From a virus, in the IMG/VR virus record IMGVR_UViG_3300027708_000068, positions 2,616 through 66,615 of that record: 64,000 nucleotides of DNA; one strand, written 5' to 3'. Position 1 is the stretch's first letter; every line of letters starts with the position of its first letter. Below, piece by piece: positions 16,476 to 26,531 of the stretch. The notes beneath the pieces were generated by a model. It did no database searches and was not told where the DNA came from. It saw only the letters and a list, made by a program, of their open reading frames with translations. The position numbers and the translations under genes were made by a program.

Positions 16476-18292
16476 TGAACATAATTACACTAGACTTTGA
16501 ATCTTATTATTCTCAAACTTATAGCCTGTCAAAGATGACGACGGAAGAGTATATTCGTGGCGAAGAGTTTGAAGTTATTGGCGTAGCCGTAAAGGTAAAT
16601 GATGAAGAGACACAATGGTTCTCAGGAACAAAGGAAAAAACACGTCAATTTCTTGAGCAATTTGATTGGGGAAATAGTTTGGCGCTTGCTCACAATGCAA
16701 TGTTTGACGCTGCTATACTTACTTGGAATTTTGGGATTAAGCCTACTGCTTGGTTGGACACTCTTAGCATGGCTCGTGCAATCCATACTATCGAAGTTGG
16801 TGGTAGCCTAGCAGCTCTAGCAACATATTACAATTTGGGTGTTAAAGGTACAGAAGTGTTAGACGCTAAAGAAAAGCACCGCATAGACTTTACACCTGAA
16901 GAATTAAATAGATATGGCGAGTATTGTATCAATGACGTAGAACTTACCTATGCACTCTTTCAAGAACTAATGCAAGAGTTTCCAACATTTGAACTTAAGT
17001 TGGTCGACTTAACTATTAAGATGTTTAGCGAACCTGTACTAGAGTTAGATGTTGATGTATTAAATAAACATTTAGAAATGCTACAGTATAAAAAAGAACA
17101 GATACTAAAGAATTTTGATGGTGAAATATTAAGAAGTAACGATAAATTTGCCGCCCTATTAAATGATTTTGGTGTAGCGCCCCCACGCAAAATTAGCGTT
17201 ACAACAGGCAAAGAAACATGGGCATTGGCTAAAACTGATGAAGGTTTTAAAGCATTGCTTGAACACGAGGACGAGAACATTCAACTTTTAGCAGCGGCCC
17301 GCCTTGGTGTTAGGTCTACCATAGAAGAAACAAGAACAGAACGATTCCTAGGTATTGCAAGCCGTGGTGTTATGCCTATACCATTACGCTACTATGCGGC
17401 TCATACAGGGCGTTGGGGTGGGGATGACAAAATTAATATGCAGAACTTGGGGCGGGGTTCAGTATTAAAACATGCGATTCTTGCCCCTACTGGGTATCAG
17501 ATTATTGACTGCGATTCATCACAAATTGAAGCACGAACATTAGCTTGGCTTGCTGGGCAGGAGGATTTAATTGAGGCATTTGAAAACGGCGAAGATGTTT
17601 ATAAAATCATGGCCTCGGCAATCTACGTCAAGGCAGAAGAAGATATTACAAAAGATGAACGGTTCGTGGGGAAAACAACAATCCTCGGGGCTGGCTACGG
17701 TATGGGGAGCAAGAAATTCTCGTCCCAACTCAAGACTTTTGGCGTGGAGGTGGAAGAGGGGGAAGCCAGTCGTATTGTCTCAGTCTATCGGCAAACTTAT
17801 CCTTGCATACCATCTCTTTGGAAAGAAGCGGCTAAGGTACTAGACGCAATCCTTGAAGATGGTACTTGCGAATTTGGTAAAGAAGGAGTTTTATATGTCG
17901 AAGGCAAGAAAGGTATTCGTCTTCCTAATGGTCTGTATATTAAGTATCCTAATCTTCGCAAGCAAACCAATGAAGATGGAAAAGACGAATATGTGTACGA
18001 CACCAAGCGTGGCAAAACCACTATCCCTAATAGAATATACGGCGGGAAAGTTGTTGAGAATGTGTGCCAAGCCTTAGCTCGTACCATAGTAGGCGAACAG
18101 ATGCTTATGATTGCTAGGAAATATAAAGTTGTAATGACTGTGCATGATGCGGTTGCTTGTATTGTCCCCGATAATGAGGCTCAGACAGGGCAAGAGTTTG
18201 TTGAGCTGTGCATGAGGATGCGACCTAAATGGGCACAGGATTTGCCTTTAAATTGTGAAAGTGGTATTGGTAAAACTTATGGGGAATGTTAA
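16475..18292 (+). CDS. polA: Family A DNA polymerase with 3'-5' exonuclease
   Basis: ExoI 'LDFESYY', ExoII 'HNAMFD', motif A 'DSSQIEAR', motif B 'RFVGKTTILGAGYG', motif C 'VHDA'. Confidence 0.95.
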   Translation: MNIITLDFESYYSQTYSLSKMTTEEYIRGEEFEVIGVAVKVNDEETQWFSGTKEKTRQFLEQFDWGNSLALAHNAMFDAAILTWNFGIKPTAWLDTLSMARAIHTIEVGGSLAALATYYNLGVKGTEVLDAKEKHRIDFTPEELNRYGEYCINDVELTYALFQELMQEFPTFELKLVDLTIKMFSEPVLELDVDVLNKHLEMLQYKKEQILKNFDGEILRSNDKFAALLNDFGVAPPRKISVTTGKETWALAKTDEGFKALLEHEDENIQLLAAARLGVRSTIEETRTERFLGIASRGVMPIPLRYYAAHTGRWGGDDKINMQNLGRGSVLKHAILAPTGYQIIDCDSSQIEARTLAWLAGQEDLIEAFENGEDVYKIMASAIYVKAEEDITKDERFVGKTTILGAGYGMGSKKFSSQLKTFGVEVEEGEASRIVSVYRQTYPCIPSLWKEAAKVLDAILEDGTCEFGKEGVLYVEGKKGIRLPNGLYIKYPNLRKQTNEDGKDEYVYDTKRGKTTIPNRIYGGKVVENVCQALARTIVGEQMLMIARKYKVVMTVHDAVACIVPDNEAQTGQEFVELCMRMRPKWAQDLPLNCESGIGKTYGEC

Positions 18293-18471
18293 TGATTGAT
18301 TATTCAGAATATTTAGTGCGTGCTAAACACTTACTAAAAGATGTTGAGATACTAATGAGCGAGCGTCGTACAGAAGAAGCGTTTATGGCTTTATATAACT
18401 TGTATGTAGAGATTAAACTTATGGCTAATGCAATACGTACAGCAGAGGGCGGTGTGTACCATGAGAAGTGA
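18286..18471 (+). CDS. Hypothetical protein
   Basis: Coupled ORF. Confidence 0.6.
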   Translation: MLMIDYSEYLVRAKHLLKDVEILMSERRTEEAFMALYNLYVEIKLMANAIRTAEGGVYHEK

Positions 18472-18652
18472 AGAAAAAGAATATTTAGAAGCTGTGTATG
18501 CTGGGTTGGCGATGGCTGGCTACATTATGAATGGCGACTACCACCCATCAGAAATACCTACGCTTGCTAAAGCAATGGCTAAAGTGATGATGGAAGAACC
18601 TAAAGAAGAAACTGGAATAACTGCAGTTAAACGAGTGAGGAAAACAAAATGA
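18461..18652 (+). CDS. Hypothetical protein (start MRSEEKE)
   Basis: Coupled ORF. Confidence 0.65.
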   Translation: MRSEEKEYLEAVYAGLAMAGYIMNGDYHPSEIPTLAKAMAKVMMEEPKEETGITAVKRVRKTK

Positions 18653-18792
18653 GTAGCTGGCTAATTGCAGTTATTGGTGTAGTGTATTTGTTTGTAGCGG
18701 TTGACTTATACATCAAGGGACAAGTTGGTTTATCAATAGCGTTCCTAGGCTATTCTCTAGGCAATATCGGTTTGTTTATGGAGGCAAGATGA
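18649..18792 (+). CDS. 47-aa two-TM membrane protein (MSSWLIAVIGVVYLFVAVDL...)
   Basis: Hand-translated; GAGG RBS; two hydrophobic segments. Confidence 0.65.
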   Translation: MSSWLIAVIGVVYLFVAVDLYIKGQVGLSIAFLGYSLGNIGLFMEAR

Positions 18793-18965
18793 GTGCAATT
18801 GAACGACAAGAATTGGTAGACATTCTTACACAAGGTTTAGAAGCTTTTAAATTATCAGGCGCAGATGCTCCTGACTATGAAATTTTACCCGACGGCTCTG
18901 TGCTGTTTCATTACATGCCAACAGAGGAACTTAAAAAATATGTGGAGCTACTTAAAAATGACTAA
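18789..18965 (+). CDS. Hypothetical protein (58 aa, MSAIERQE...)
   Basis: GGAGG RBS; ATGA overlap. Confidence 0.6.
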   Translation: MSAIERQELVDILTQGLEAFKLSGADAPDYEILPDGSVLFHYMPTEELKKYVELLKND

Positions 18966-19200
18966 ATGGATTGTAGGTGCGGTACTTGCTATGGTTGTTA
19001 TTCTTTGGTGTGCTGGTGTTCGTGCACAGGTAACAACTTATTTAGGCCCAACAGGTAGTTATATGGGACAGTCTCTTACTAATGGAAACATTACTACATT
19101 TACAGGACCTCAAGGTCAGTTTGTGGGGCAAATTATTGCGCCAAGCCCATCCCCAACTCAACCACTACCGCCAGCATATTGGGGGCCAAATGGTCGATAG
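18958..19200 (+). CDS. Small exported protein with Sec-type signal peptide
   Basis: MTKWIVGAVLAMVVILWCAGVRA|QVTT followed by two 'TTxxGPxGxxxGQ' repeats and a Pro-rich tail. Confidence 0.65.
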   Translation: MTKWIVGAVLAMVVILWCAGVRAQVTTYLGPTGSYMGQSLTNGNITTFTGPQGQFVGQIIAPSPSPTQPLPPAYWGPNGR

Positions 19201-19876
19201 AGTAACTTGGTCGTATAGTAGTTTAAAGACCTTTCAACAATGCCCTAAGAAGTATTACCACTTAAAGATTGCTAAAGATATACAGCAAGAAGATACGGTA
19301 CATACAATATACGGTAAAGAAGTTCATAAAGCTGCGGAAGATTACATTAAAGAAGGAACACCGGTACCTGAAAAGTACGCATATATTCTAGAAACCCTAG
19401 ACGCTTTAAAAGCTATTCCGGGAGATAAGTATTGTGAAATTGAGCTAGGCATTAAAAAGACTTCAGATGGTAAATACAATACCTGTGAGTTTAATGACCC
19501 TAAGTATTGGTGGCATGGTATTGCTGACTTACTTATAGTTAACGGGGATGAAGCCTATTTGGTTGACTATAAGACTAGTAAAAATGCAAAGTATGCTGAT
19601 ACTAAACAGTTAGATTATATGGCTGCCGCAGTTTTTTTAAAGTTCCCAGAAGTTGTTACGATTAAGTCTGCTCTAGTATTTGTAGTAAGTAAAGAGTTTG
19701 TTAAAAAAGAACATACTTCTATGTTTAAATTATCTTATTTACAGTCAGTAGAACCCGACTTAAAAAGGTTAGAAGGTGCGATTCATAGTGGTATTTGGAA
19801 CCCAGTATCCGGCCCATTATGTGGTTGGTGTCCAGTTAAATCGTGTGTGCACAATAAAGAGAAAAAATCATGGTAG
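19190..19876 (+). CDS. Cas4/RecB-like PD-(D/E)xK exonuclease
   Basis: 'WSYSSLKTFQQCP', 'GIADL...VDYKT', 'QLDYM', C-terminal 'LCGWCPVKSC'. Confidence 0.88.
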   Translation: MVDRVTWSYSSLKTFQQCPKKYYHLKIAKDIQQEDTVHTIYGKEVHKAAEDYIKEGTPVPEKYAYILETLDALKAIPGDKYCEIELGIKKTSDGKYNTCEFNDPKYWWHGIADLLIVNGDEAYLVDYKTSKNAKYADTKQLDYMAAAVFLKFPEVVTIKSALVFVVSKEFVKKEHTSMFKLSYLQSVEPDLKRLEGAIHSGIWNPVSGPLCGWCPVKSCVHNKEKKSW

Positions 19877-20208
19877 AAAACAATCAAGCTATAGACGCCG
19901 CCTTAATTTTGGAAGATAAACTAAAAGAACGAGTCCAGCGCATTGTAGAACGGGTAGTAGTCAATATTGTAGGTAGGGAAATTCATGCGGCAATAGACCG
20001 TGAAAAGCAAGCTATGATAACGGAGATTACCCTTTCCATAGGAAAAGCTTTACAATCTATAGAGAAAGATGGGCGAGTACCTTTATGGGAAACTAACCCT
20101 TTTGTTACTAACATACCTGACTTCATACCAGTAAAAACTGATGGTGAACCAATTCCAACCGTAGAGATTAACTATGCCATACAAGAACCCAGCAGACCGC
20201 AAATATAA
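19870..20208 (+). CDS. Hypothetical protein
   Basis: ORF in operon. Confidence 0.6.
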   Translation: MVENNQAIDAALILEDKLKERVQRIVERVVVNIVGREIHAAIDREKQAMITEITLSIGKALQSIEKDGRVPLWETNPFVTNIPDFIPVKTDGEPIPTVEINYAIQEPSRPQI

Positions 20209-20467
20209 AAACGCAGCAGCGTACGAAAATGCGCCTGAGCAAGTAAAAAATAGAACCGCACGGAATAAAGCTCGTGCAGAGTTAGCTAAAAAAGGAAAAG
20301 TAACCAAAGGCGATGGAAAAGATGTTGACCATATCAAGCCCCTTAGTAAAGGGGGCGCAAATACTGAAGGCAATCTGCGGGTTAAATCCGCTAGTGCAAA
20401 CCGTTCTTTCAGTAGAAATTCAGACCATACAATCAAAAAGAACAAACCAAAAAATGGCGCAAATTGA
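20174..20467 (+). CDS. HNH endonuclease (small)
   Basis: 'DVDHIKPLSKGG....NLRV....NRS'. Confidence 0.85.
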   Translation: MPYKNPADRKYKNAAAYENAPEQVKNRTARNKARAELAKKGKVTKGDGKDVDHIKPLSKGGANTEGNLRVKSASANRSFSRNSDHTIKKNKPKNGAN

Positions 20468-21830
20468 AACCGACTATGACTGGCCAGGACAATATAAACC
20501 TTTTAATCACCAAAAAATAACATCAGCATTTCTTACAGAACGACCAAGAGCATTTTGTTTTAACGAACAAGGTACAGGAAAAACCGCATCGGTTATTTGG
20601 GCTGCCGACTTTCTGATGAATTTAGGTGTTATTCGTAGGGTGTTAGTTGTATGCCCACTATCCATTATGAAATCAGCATGGCAAAATGACTTATTTAAAT
20701 TTGCATGCCATCGTTCCTGCGATATAGCTTACGGCGACAAAAAAAAGCGCACTAAAATTATTGAAGGTGGTACAGAGTTTGTCATTATTAACTTTGACGG
20801 GCTGGCTATTGTACAAGATGTTATTGCTGCTGGTGGGTTTGACCTAATCGTAGTAGATGAGGCAAGCGCCTATAAAAACGTAACAACAGAGCGTTGGAAA
20901 ATACTTCGTGATTTATGTAAAGATATTAAAGGCTTATGGATGCTTACAGGTACTCCAGCAGCACAATCACCAGTTGACGCGTATGGTTTAGCTAAACTAA
21001 TTAACCCCGATAATATACCCAAGTTTTATGGTTCTTTTCGTGACCAAGTTATGTATAAAGTTGGCATGTATCGTTGGGTTCCAAAAGCTAATGCACAAGA
21101 TGTGGTACATCAAGCATTACAACCAGCTATTCGTTTTGAAAAAAGTCAGTGTTTAGATTTACCTGATGTAACTTTTGTAGAACGTGATGCGCCCCTAACT
21201 GCTCAGCAAGTTAAGTATTACCAGAAGCTAAAGAACGATATGATTATTCAAGCAGCCGGAGAAGAAATTAGTTCAGCCAATGCAGCAACCAGCATTAATA
21301 AGTTACTGCAAATATCTGGTGGTGCGGTCTATACCGATACTAAAGAAGTTGTAGAGTTTGATGTATCTAACCGACTACAAGTAGTTAAAGAAGTTATTGA
21401 TGAAGCATCCCACAAAGTTTTAGTATTTGTACCTTTTACCCACACTATAGAATTATTACAAGCGTACCTAACAAAGAACGGTATAACAAACGCCGTAATC
21501 AACGGGCAAGTTCCAGTAGCAAAACGTAATACAATTATTCAAGACTTTCAAGATACAGACAATGTGCAAGTGTTAGTCATACAACCCCAAGCCGCATCAC
21601 ACGGGTTAACCCTAACAGCTGCAAATGTAATTATTTGGTATGCCCCTGTAATGAGCGTAGAAACATACCTACAAGCCAATGCTCGTATTAATAGGCCCGG
21701 ACAAAAGAATCCTATGACTATCGTACATATCAAGGGCAGCGAAGTAGAAAGTAAACTGTATAAGATGCTTAATAACAACATTGATAATCATACAAGATTG
21801 ATTGATTTATATCGCCAAGAAATAGAATAA
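20454..21830 (+). CDS. SNF2-family (SF2) helicase
   Basis: 'EQGTGKT', 'VVDEAS', 'LTGTP', 'HGLTLT', 'QANARINRPGQ'. Confidence 0.92.
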   Translation: MAQIETDYDWPGQYKPFNHQKITSAFLTERPRAFCFNEQGTGKTASVIWAADFLMNLGVIRRVLVVCPLSIMKSAWQNDLFKFACHRSCDIAYGDKKKRTKIIEGGTEFVIINFDGLAIVQDVIAAGGFDLIVVDEASAYKNVTTERWKILRDLCKDIKGLWMLTGTPAAQSPVDAYGLAKLINPDNIPKFYGSFRDQVMYKVGMYRWVPKANAQDVVHQALQPAIRFEKSQCLDLPDVTFVERDAPLTAQQVKYYQKLKNDMIIQAAGEEISSANAATSINKLLQISGGAVYTDTKEVVEFDVSNRLQVVKEVIDEASHKVLVFVPFTHTIELLQAYLTKNGITNAVINGQVPVAKRNTIIQDFQDTDNVQVLVIQPQAASHGLTLTAANVIIWYAPVMSVETYLQANARINRPGQKNPMTIVHIKGSEVESKLYKMLNNNIDNHTRLIDLYRQEIE

Positions 21831-21834
21831 TAGT

Positions 21835-21862
21835 TGGACAGAGTAAAGAAACATGTTATACT
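21835..21862 (+). promoter_or_regulatory. Promoter (class B) TGGACA-16-TATACT
   Basis: Near-copy of the promoter at 13517. Confidence 0.7.
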
Positions 21863-21885
21863 GACAGCTCGAAAAGGAGCAGGAA

Positions 21886-22278
21886 ATGGAACAAATGTCA
21901 GCGGAAAAACTTGCAAATATCTACATTAAAATTCGTGATGCTAAGCAAGCCGAAGAAGAAAAAATGAAGTCAAAGTTGGCAGAGTACCAAGAGCAATTAG
22001 ACACAATTTCGGAGCAGTTGTTAGAGCTATGTAAAGACCAAGATGCAACCAGTATTAAAACTGCATCAGGTACAATTATCCGTAAAGTATCTACCCGTTA
22101 CTGGTCTACTGACTGGGAGTCAATGCACCAATTTATTAAAGAGCATGATGCTTTAGGTTTGTTAGAACAAAGAATTCATCAAGCAAACATGAAGCAGTTT
22201 TTAGAAGAAAATCCTGAACTGATGCCAGCGGGAGTTCAGGTCGATAGAAAATATACCGTGGTAGTTAGAAGGAGCTAG
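21886..22278 (+). CDS. Coiled-coil replication-module protein (Gam/gp157-like)
   Basis: N-terminal coiled coil, 'SIKTASGT..R', 'DW..M..FI', 'PAGV'. Confidence 0.55.
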   Translation: MEQMSAEKLANIYIKIRDAKQAEEEKMKSKLAEYQEQLDTISEQLLELCKDQDATSIKTASGTIIRKVSTRYWSTDWESMHQFIKEHDALGLLEQRIHQANMKQFLEENPELMPAGVQVDRKYTVVVRRS

Positions 22279-22279
22279 T

Positions 22280-22510
22280 ATGTCAGAAGCACAAGAAGCA
22301 ACACAAGAGCAACAAGAGCGTATGCAAGCTGCAATTAAAGATGCACAACAACAGGCAATGCAAGAGCTACAACAAAACGCGCAAATTGAAATTCAAATGC
22401 GGGTTCAAGCATTGGGTGCGGCAGTTAATGCAAGCGCTTCAAATACACCCGAAGAAATTGCAAAAGCAGCAACAGTATTTTTAAAATTCTTGAAGCAAGG
22501 AGAAGCATAA
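22280..22510 (+). CDS. Gln/Ala-rich hypothetical protein
   Basis: AAGGAG RBS. Confidence 0.7.
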   Translation: MSEAQEATQEQQERMQAAIKDAQQQAMQELQQNAQIEIQMRVQALGAAVNASASNTPEEIAKAATVFLKFLKQGEA

Positions 22511-22511
22511 C

Positions 22512-23396
22512 ATGAGTAATATTTCCGTATTTAACCAAGAAGTACCATCGTTTTTACAAGGCGCTAACGGCCTTAACGATTTAACTAAATCCCTTGCAGG
22601 TAAAACTGCTGGTGGTGGTAAACGTATCTCAATTCGTGGCGGTGTATTCCGTAAGATTGTAGGCGGAGAAGAAGTTGGTAAAATTACTAGCCGTGAGTTA
22701 AATGTAATTATTGTTAATGCAGCTCGTGGCGTATCACGTATTTATTACGCTGGTAAATATGACCCAACTGCAATCGTTCCACCTACTTGCGTATCTAACG
22801 ACGGTATCCATGCGGATACTAAAGACGAAGGACGTCAAAGTGATTCATGCGCTACTTGTGCACAGAATATTGCTGGTTCAGGCAATGGTAATTCCCGTGC
22901 ATGTCGTTACACTCGTAAGGTTGCTATTATTTTAGAGAACGACCCAACGGGCGATGTATACCAGTTGCAACTTCCATCTACTTCTATATTTGGTAAAGGT
23001 GAAGGTAACGTACATCCGTTTGAAAGTTATATTAAATTCATTGCCGGTAATGGTCGCAACATTAATCAAATTGTTACGCAGATTAGTTTAGATACAGATA
23101 GCGATACACCTAAGTTATTGTTCTCACCAGTACGCCATGTAAATGAAACTGAATGGGACTTAGCGGCAGTAGCTGGCGATTCTTTGGAAGCTAAAAATGC
23201 AATTACTTTAACGGTTGCACAAACTGATGGGGTTAAAAAAATTGCAGCTCCTGAAGTTAAAAAACCTGTAACACAAATGGAACCAGATGAAGAAATTTCT
23301 GAGCCTACAAAACGTGTTACTAAAAAAGTTGAGGTTGCGCCTGCTAATAAAAAGAGTTTGGGTGACGTAATCAATGCGTGGAGTGCAGTAGACTAA
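22512..23396 (+). CDS. Putative ssDNA-binding or annealing protein
   Basis: Position in the replication module; Cys cluster (C..CATC..C); flexible tail ending in 'W..VD'. Confidence 0.55.
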   Translation: MSNISVFNQEVPSFLQGANGLNDLTKSLAGKTAGGGKRISIRGGVFRKIVGGEEVGKITSRELNVIIVNAARGVSRIYYAGKYDPTAIVPPTCVSNDGIHADTKDEGRQSDSCATCAQNIAGSGNGNSRACRYTRKVAIILENDPTGDVYQLQLPSTSIFGKGEGNVHPFESYIKFIAGNGRNINQIVTQISLDTDSDTPKLLFSPVRHVNETEWDLAAVAGDSLEAKNAITLTVAQTDGVKKIAAPEVKKPVTQMEPDEEISEPTKRVTKKVEVAPANKKSLGDVINAWSAVD

Positions 23397-23623
23397 TGAG
23401 CCATGGCTACAGCGTAAAGCTGGTCCAGCTAAACAAACTAGCAGATAAGAAAAAGCTAGGGGTAATACTTGGCAAAGAGTGTATACGGACTAGTATTTCT
23501 GTATCACAAGTTGCTAAAATTATCGGTGTTAGCCGGATGACTGTATATAATTGGTTTACGGGTTTGCACAACCCACAAGAAGTATACGAACCCGCAATAC
23601 AAGGTTTACTAGACCAGCTTTAA
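23396..23623 (+). CDS. Cro/XRE-type HTH DNA-binding protein
   Basis: 'ISVSQVAKIIGVSRMTVYNWFTG'. Confidence 0.85.
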   Translation: MSHGYSVKLVQLNKLADKKKLGVILGKECIRTSISVSQVAKIIGVSRMTVYNWFTGLHNPQEVYEPAIQGLLDQL

Positions 23624-23646
23624 TTTAATTGTTTTTAACTCATTAA

Positions 23647-23667
23647 GGGGGGTAACCAATCCCCCCC
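23647..23667 (+). other. GC hairpin between HTH and primase genes
   Basis: GGGGGG-TAACCAAT-CCCCCC; no clear U-tract. Confidence 0.4.
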
Positions 23668-23690
23668 GACGACCTGTCTTTGGAAGATAT

Positions 23691-26531
23691 ATGACAACGA
23701 TTGACCTTTTAGATACAGTGCTACCCCAAGAGGGATGGTTTGCTGTACTCGGTATTAAAGGGAAATCTGTAAGACAAAAGCTAGTACAGACACGAGATGA
23801 AGTAAATAAAATAACAGAAAAGTTTGTTGCAGAAGAACGCAATGTATTCTTTGGGCTTGCTAAGTTTGAAACTGGTGAAAGCAGAGAACAAGATAACGTA
23901 AAAGCGCTTAAAGCATTTTGGTTAGATATAGATTGTGGCGAAGCTAAAGCAGAAGTAAATTCCAAAACTGGAAGACCTGATGGTTACATTGACCAAGCAA
24001 CAGGCATGCAAGAACTTATAAAGTTTTGCGACCTTATTGGTTTACCACAGCCTATAGTTGTTGATTCAGGCAGAGGTTTACATGTCTACTGGCCGCTTAC
24101 AGAATCTGTTTCACGGAACATTTGGGAACCTGTAGCTAAGCGCTTTAGGGACCTATGCGTTAAACAAAACTTTTATGTAGACCCATCCGTGTTTGAAGCA
24201 TCTAGAGTTTTACGGATTCCTGGTACATTTAACTTTAAAGAAACACCTGCATTATCAGTAGCAATCGTAGCTGAGGGTGCGCCTATAGAGTTTGAGAAAT
24301 TTAAAGAAATACTAGGTGTTACTGAGGTAACACCCATAGAGTTTGCACCTAGTAAGGGTGAGCTTAATGAGTTTACTAAGTCTTTATTAGGTAACAAGAT
24401 TCAACGCTTTAAAAACATTATGATTCGTGGTGAGAACGGTTGCCAACAACTGAACTACGCTTTTGAAAATCAAGATTCTATTAGTGAGCCTTTATGGTGG
24501 TCTGCATTAACCGTAGCTAATGTATGCGTGGATAGACAAGTAGCTATTCATATGATGTCTAGTCAGCATCCTGATTATGATGCAATTGCTACCGAGGCTA
24601 AAGCAACACAACAAAAGGAAGGTAAGGGCGGCCCTCATACTTGTGCAACATTTGAAAAACACAATCCCGGCGGCTGCAATGGCTGCAAATGGAAAGGCAA
24701 AATTACTGGACCAGTTGCACTTAGTTCAGAAATTAATGCGGCTAAGTTTGAAGACAATGAAGTAGAAGTGGAAGAGGGGGTAGTTGAAGTTATACCTGAG
24801 TATCCAAAGCCATATTTACGTGGCGCCGCTGGTGGTATTTTCTTGCCCCCAGTTGGGGATGAGGCTGAGCCTATCTGTGTATATGAGCATGACATATATG
24901 TGCTTAAACTAATGATGGACCCCGCCGCTGGTATGTGCGCGTTGATGAAACTTCACCTGCCGCATGATGGCATGAAAGAGTTTGTAGTCCCATTAGAAAC
25001 AATATCAGTACCAGAAGAACTAAAAAGAGAGCTAGCTACAAAAGGGGTTGCATGTACCCAAACACAGATGAAACATCTAGCCATGTTTGTTATGGCGTTT
25101 GTTAAAAATCTGCAATATAAAAGGAAATCAGAAATTATGAGAACACAATTTGGATGGGCTGAAAAAGATAGTAAGTTCATCATTGGGGATAGAGAGCTTA
25201 GCAAGGACGGTACTTATGGAAGTCCAGCATCTGCCGAGACTAGGGCTATTGCACAGCATTTAGTACCACAGGGTACATACGAAGCATGGCGAGAAGTATT
25301 TAATATGTACGCTTTACCGGGTTTAGAGCCGCATGCTTTTGCTGCCCTGACTGCTTTTGGCGCACCACTATTTAAGTTTACTGGGCTTAAAGGCGCAATC
25401 ATTAACGTCATCTATAAATTTGGTGGTACGGGCAAGTCAACAACGCTCTTTATGTGCAACAGCGTATACGGACACCCTGAGTCTTTATCATCGGTCTGGA
25501 AGGACACAAACAACGCCAAGATGCAGCGTTTGGGGGTAATGAATAACCTACCCTATACCATTGATGAAATCACCAATATAACCCCCGCAGACTTCTCTGA
25601 CCTTGCTTATGGCATGTCTCAGGGTAGGGCCAAGGACCGCATGGAAGGGGCAACCAATAGGCTGCGTGAAAATAACACTACTTGGCAGACTATGTCCCTG
25701 GCTAGTGCAAACGCTTCCTTCTACGAGAAATTGGGTAATGCTAAAGCAGGGGCAAACGCAGAGATGTTACGCCTATTTGAGTACACAATACCACCTAACA
25801 ATGTTATATCCACCGAGGATGGCAAGCGTCTATTTGACCGCCAGCTTAAAGAGAATTATGGGCATGCTGGAGATATGTATATTCAATGGCTAATTAATAA
25901 CCTAGAAGAGGCCGTACAGTGCATGCTTGATATTCAGCGTAGGATTGATACAGAACTGAGGCTTACTCCCCCTGAGCGTTTTTGGTCTGCTGTAGCGGCA
26001 TGTAATTTAGCTGGGGGTCTTGTTGCTAAGCGGGTTGGGTTACATGACTATGATATGGCTGAGCTTTATAGGTGGACTTGTAAGACTATCCAAGGCATGC
26101 GGGAGGAGATTAAACCCCCTGCAGAGAACGCAGTAGCTGTAATTGGTGACTACATTAACCGCCATATGCAAAACATCTTGGTAGTAAAAGCTGATGTGGA
26201 TAAACGTACTGCAGCACATTCGTTGCCTACATTAGAGCCTAAGGGTGAATTACTTATCCGTTATGAACCAGATACTAAAATGATGTACATGATTACTCGT
26301 GAGTTTAAGCATGATTGTGTGGAACGCCAGACTAACTATAAAGATACATTGAAAGAGCTGGAGACCCGTGGGTTTTTTAAAGGGTCTATGAATAAGCGCA
26401 TGTCTAAAGGGATGAAGATTACTTCCCCTGCAGTAGCTACTTTAGCATTTGATTGTTCTAGTGGTTTACTGGATATGGATGGATTAATTGCCCCGGAGAT
26501 TGAGCATGCGAGTAGAGAGACTGAGTTATAA
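23691..26531 (+). CDS. Primase-helicase (RepB/AEP-like primase plus DUF927-type P-loop helicase)
   Basis: 'WLDIDCG', 'SGRGLHVYW', 'RVLRIPGT', Cys cluster, Walker A 'GGTGKST', Walker B 'TIDE'. Confidence 0.9.
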   Translation: MTTIDLLDTVLPQEGWFAVLGIKGKSVRQKLVQTRDEVNKITEKFVAEERNVFFGLAKFETGESREQDNVKALKAFWLDIDCGEAKAEVNSKTGRPDGYIDQATGMQELIKFCDLIGLPQPIVVDSGRGLHVYWPLTESVSRNIWEPVAKRFRDLCVKQNFYVDPSVFEASRVLRIPGTFNFKETPALSVAIVAEGAPIEFEKFKEILGVTEVTPIEFAPSKGELNEFTKSLLGNKIQRFKNIMIRGENGCQQLNYAFENQDSISEPLWWSALTVANVCVDRQVAIHMMSSQHPDYDAIATEAKATQQKEGKGGPHTCATFEKHNPGGCNGCKWKGKITGPVALSSEINAAKFEDNEVEVEEGVVEVIPEYPKPYLRGAAGGIFLPPVGDEAEPICVYEHDIYVLKLMMDPAAGMCALMKLHLPHDGMKEFVVPLETISVPEELKRELATKGVACTQTQMKHLAMFVMAFVKNLQYKRKSEIMRTQFGWAEKDSKFIIGDRELSKDGTYGSPASAETRAIAQHLVPQGTYEAWREVFNMYALPGLEPHAFAALTAFGAPLFKFTGLKGAIINVIYKFGGTGKSTTLFMCNSVYGHPESLSSVWKDTNNAKMQRLGVMNNLPYTIDEITNITPADFSDLAYGMSQGRAKDRMEGATNRLRENNTTWQTMSLASANASFYEKLGNAKAGANAEMLRLFEYTIPPNNVISTEDGKRLFDRQLKENYGHAGDMYIQWLINNLEEAVQCMLDIQRRIDTELRLTPPERFWSAVAACNLAGGLVAKRVGLHDYDMAELYRWTCKTIQGMREEIKPPAENAVAVIGDYINRHMQNILVVKADVDKRTAAHSLPTLEPKGELLIRYEPDTKMMYMITREFKHDCVERQTNYKDTLKELETRGFFKGSMNKRMSKGMKITSPAVATLAFDCSSGLLDMDGLIAPEIEHASRETEL

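Noticed and set aside
19190-19876. Cas4-like nuclease as evidence of CRISPR-Cas
   Set aside because: Stand-alone exonuclease in a replication operon, common in phages; no array or other cas genes.
25795-25807. One-mismatch palindrome copy (CTAACAATGTTAT) in the primase-helicase gene
   Set aside because: Isolated, 12 kb from the array; a single one-mismatch hit could be chance, so it is not counted in the array.
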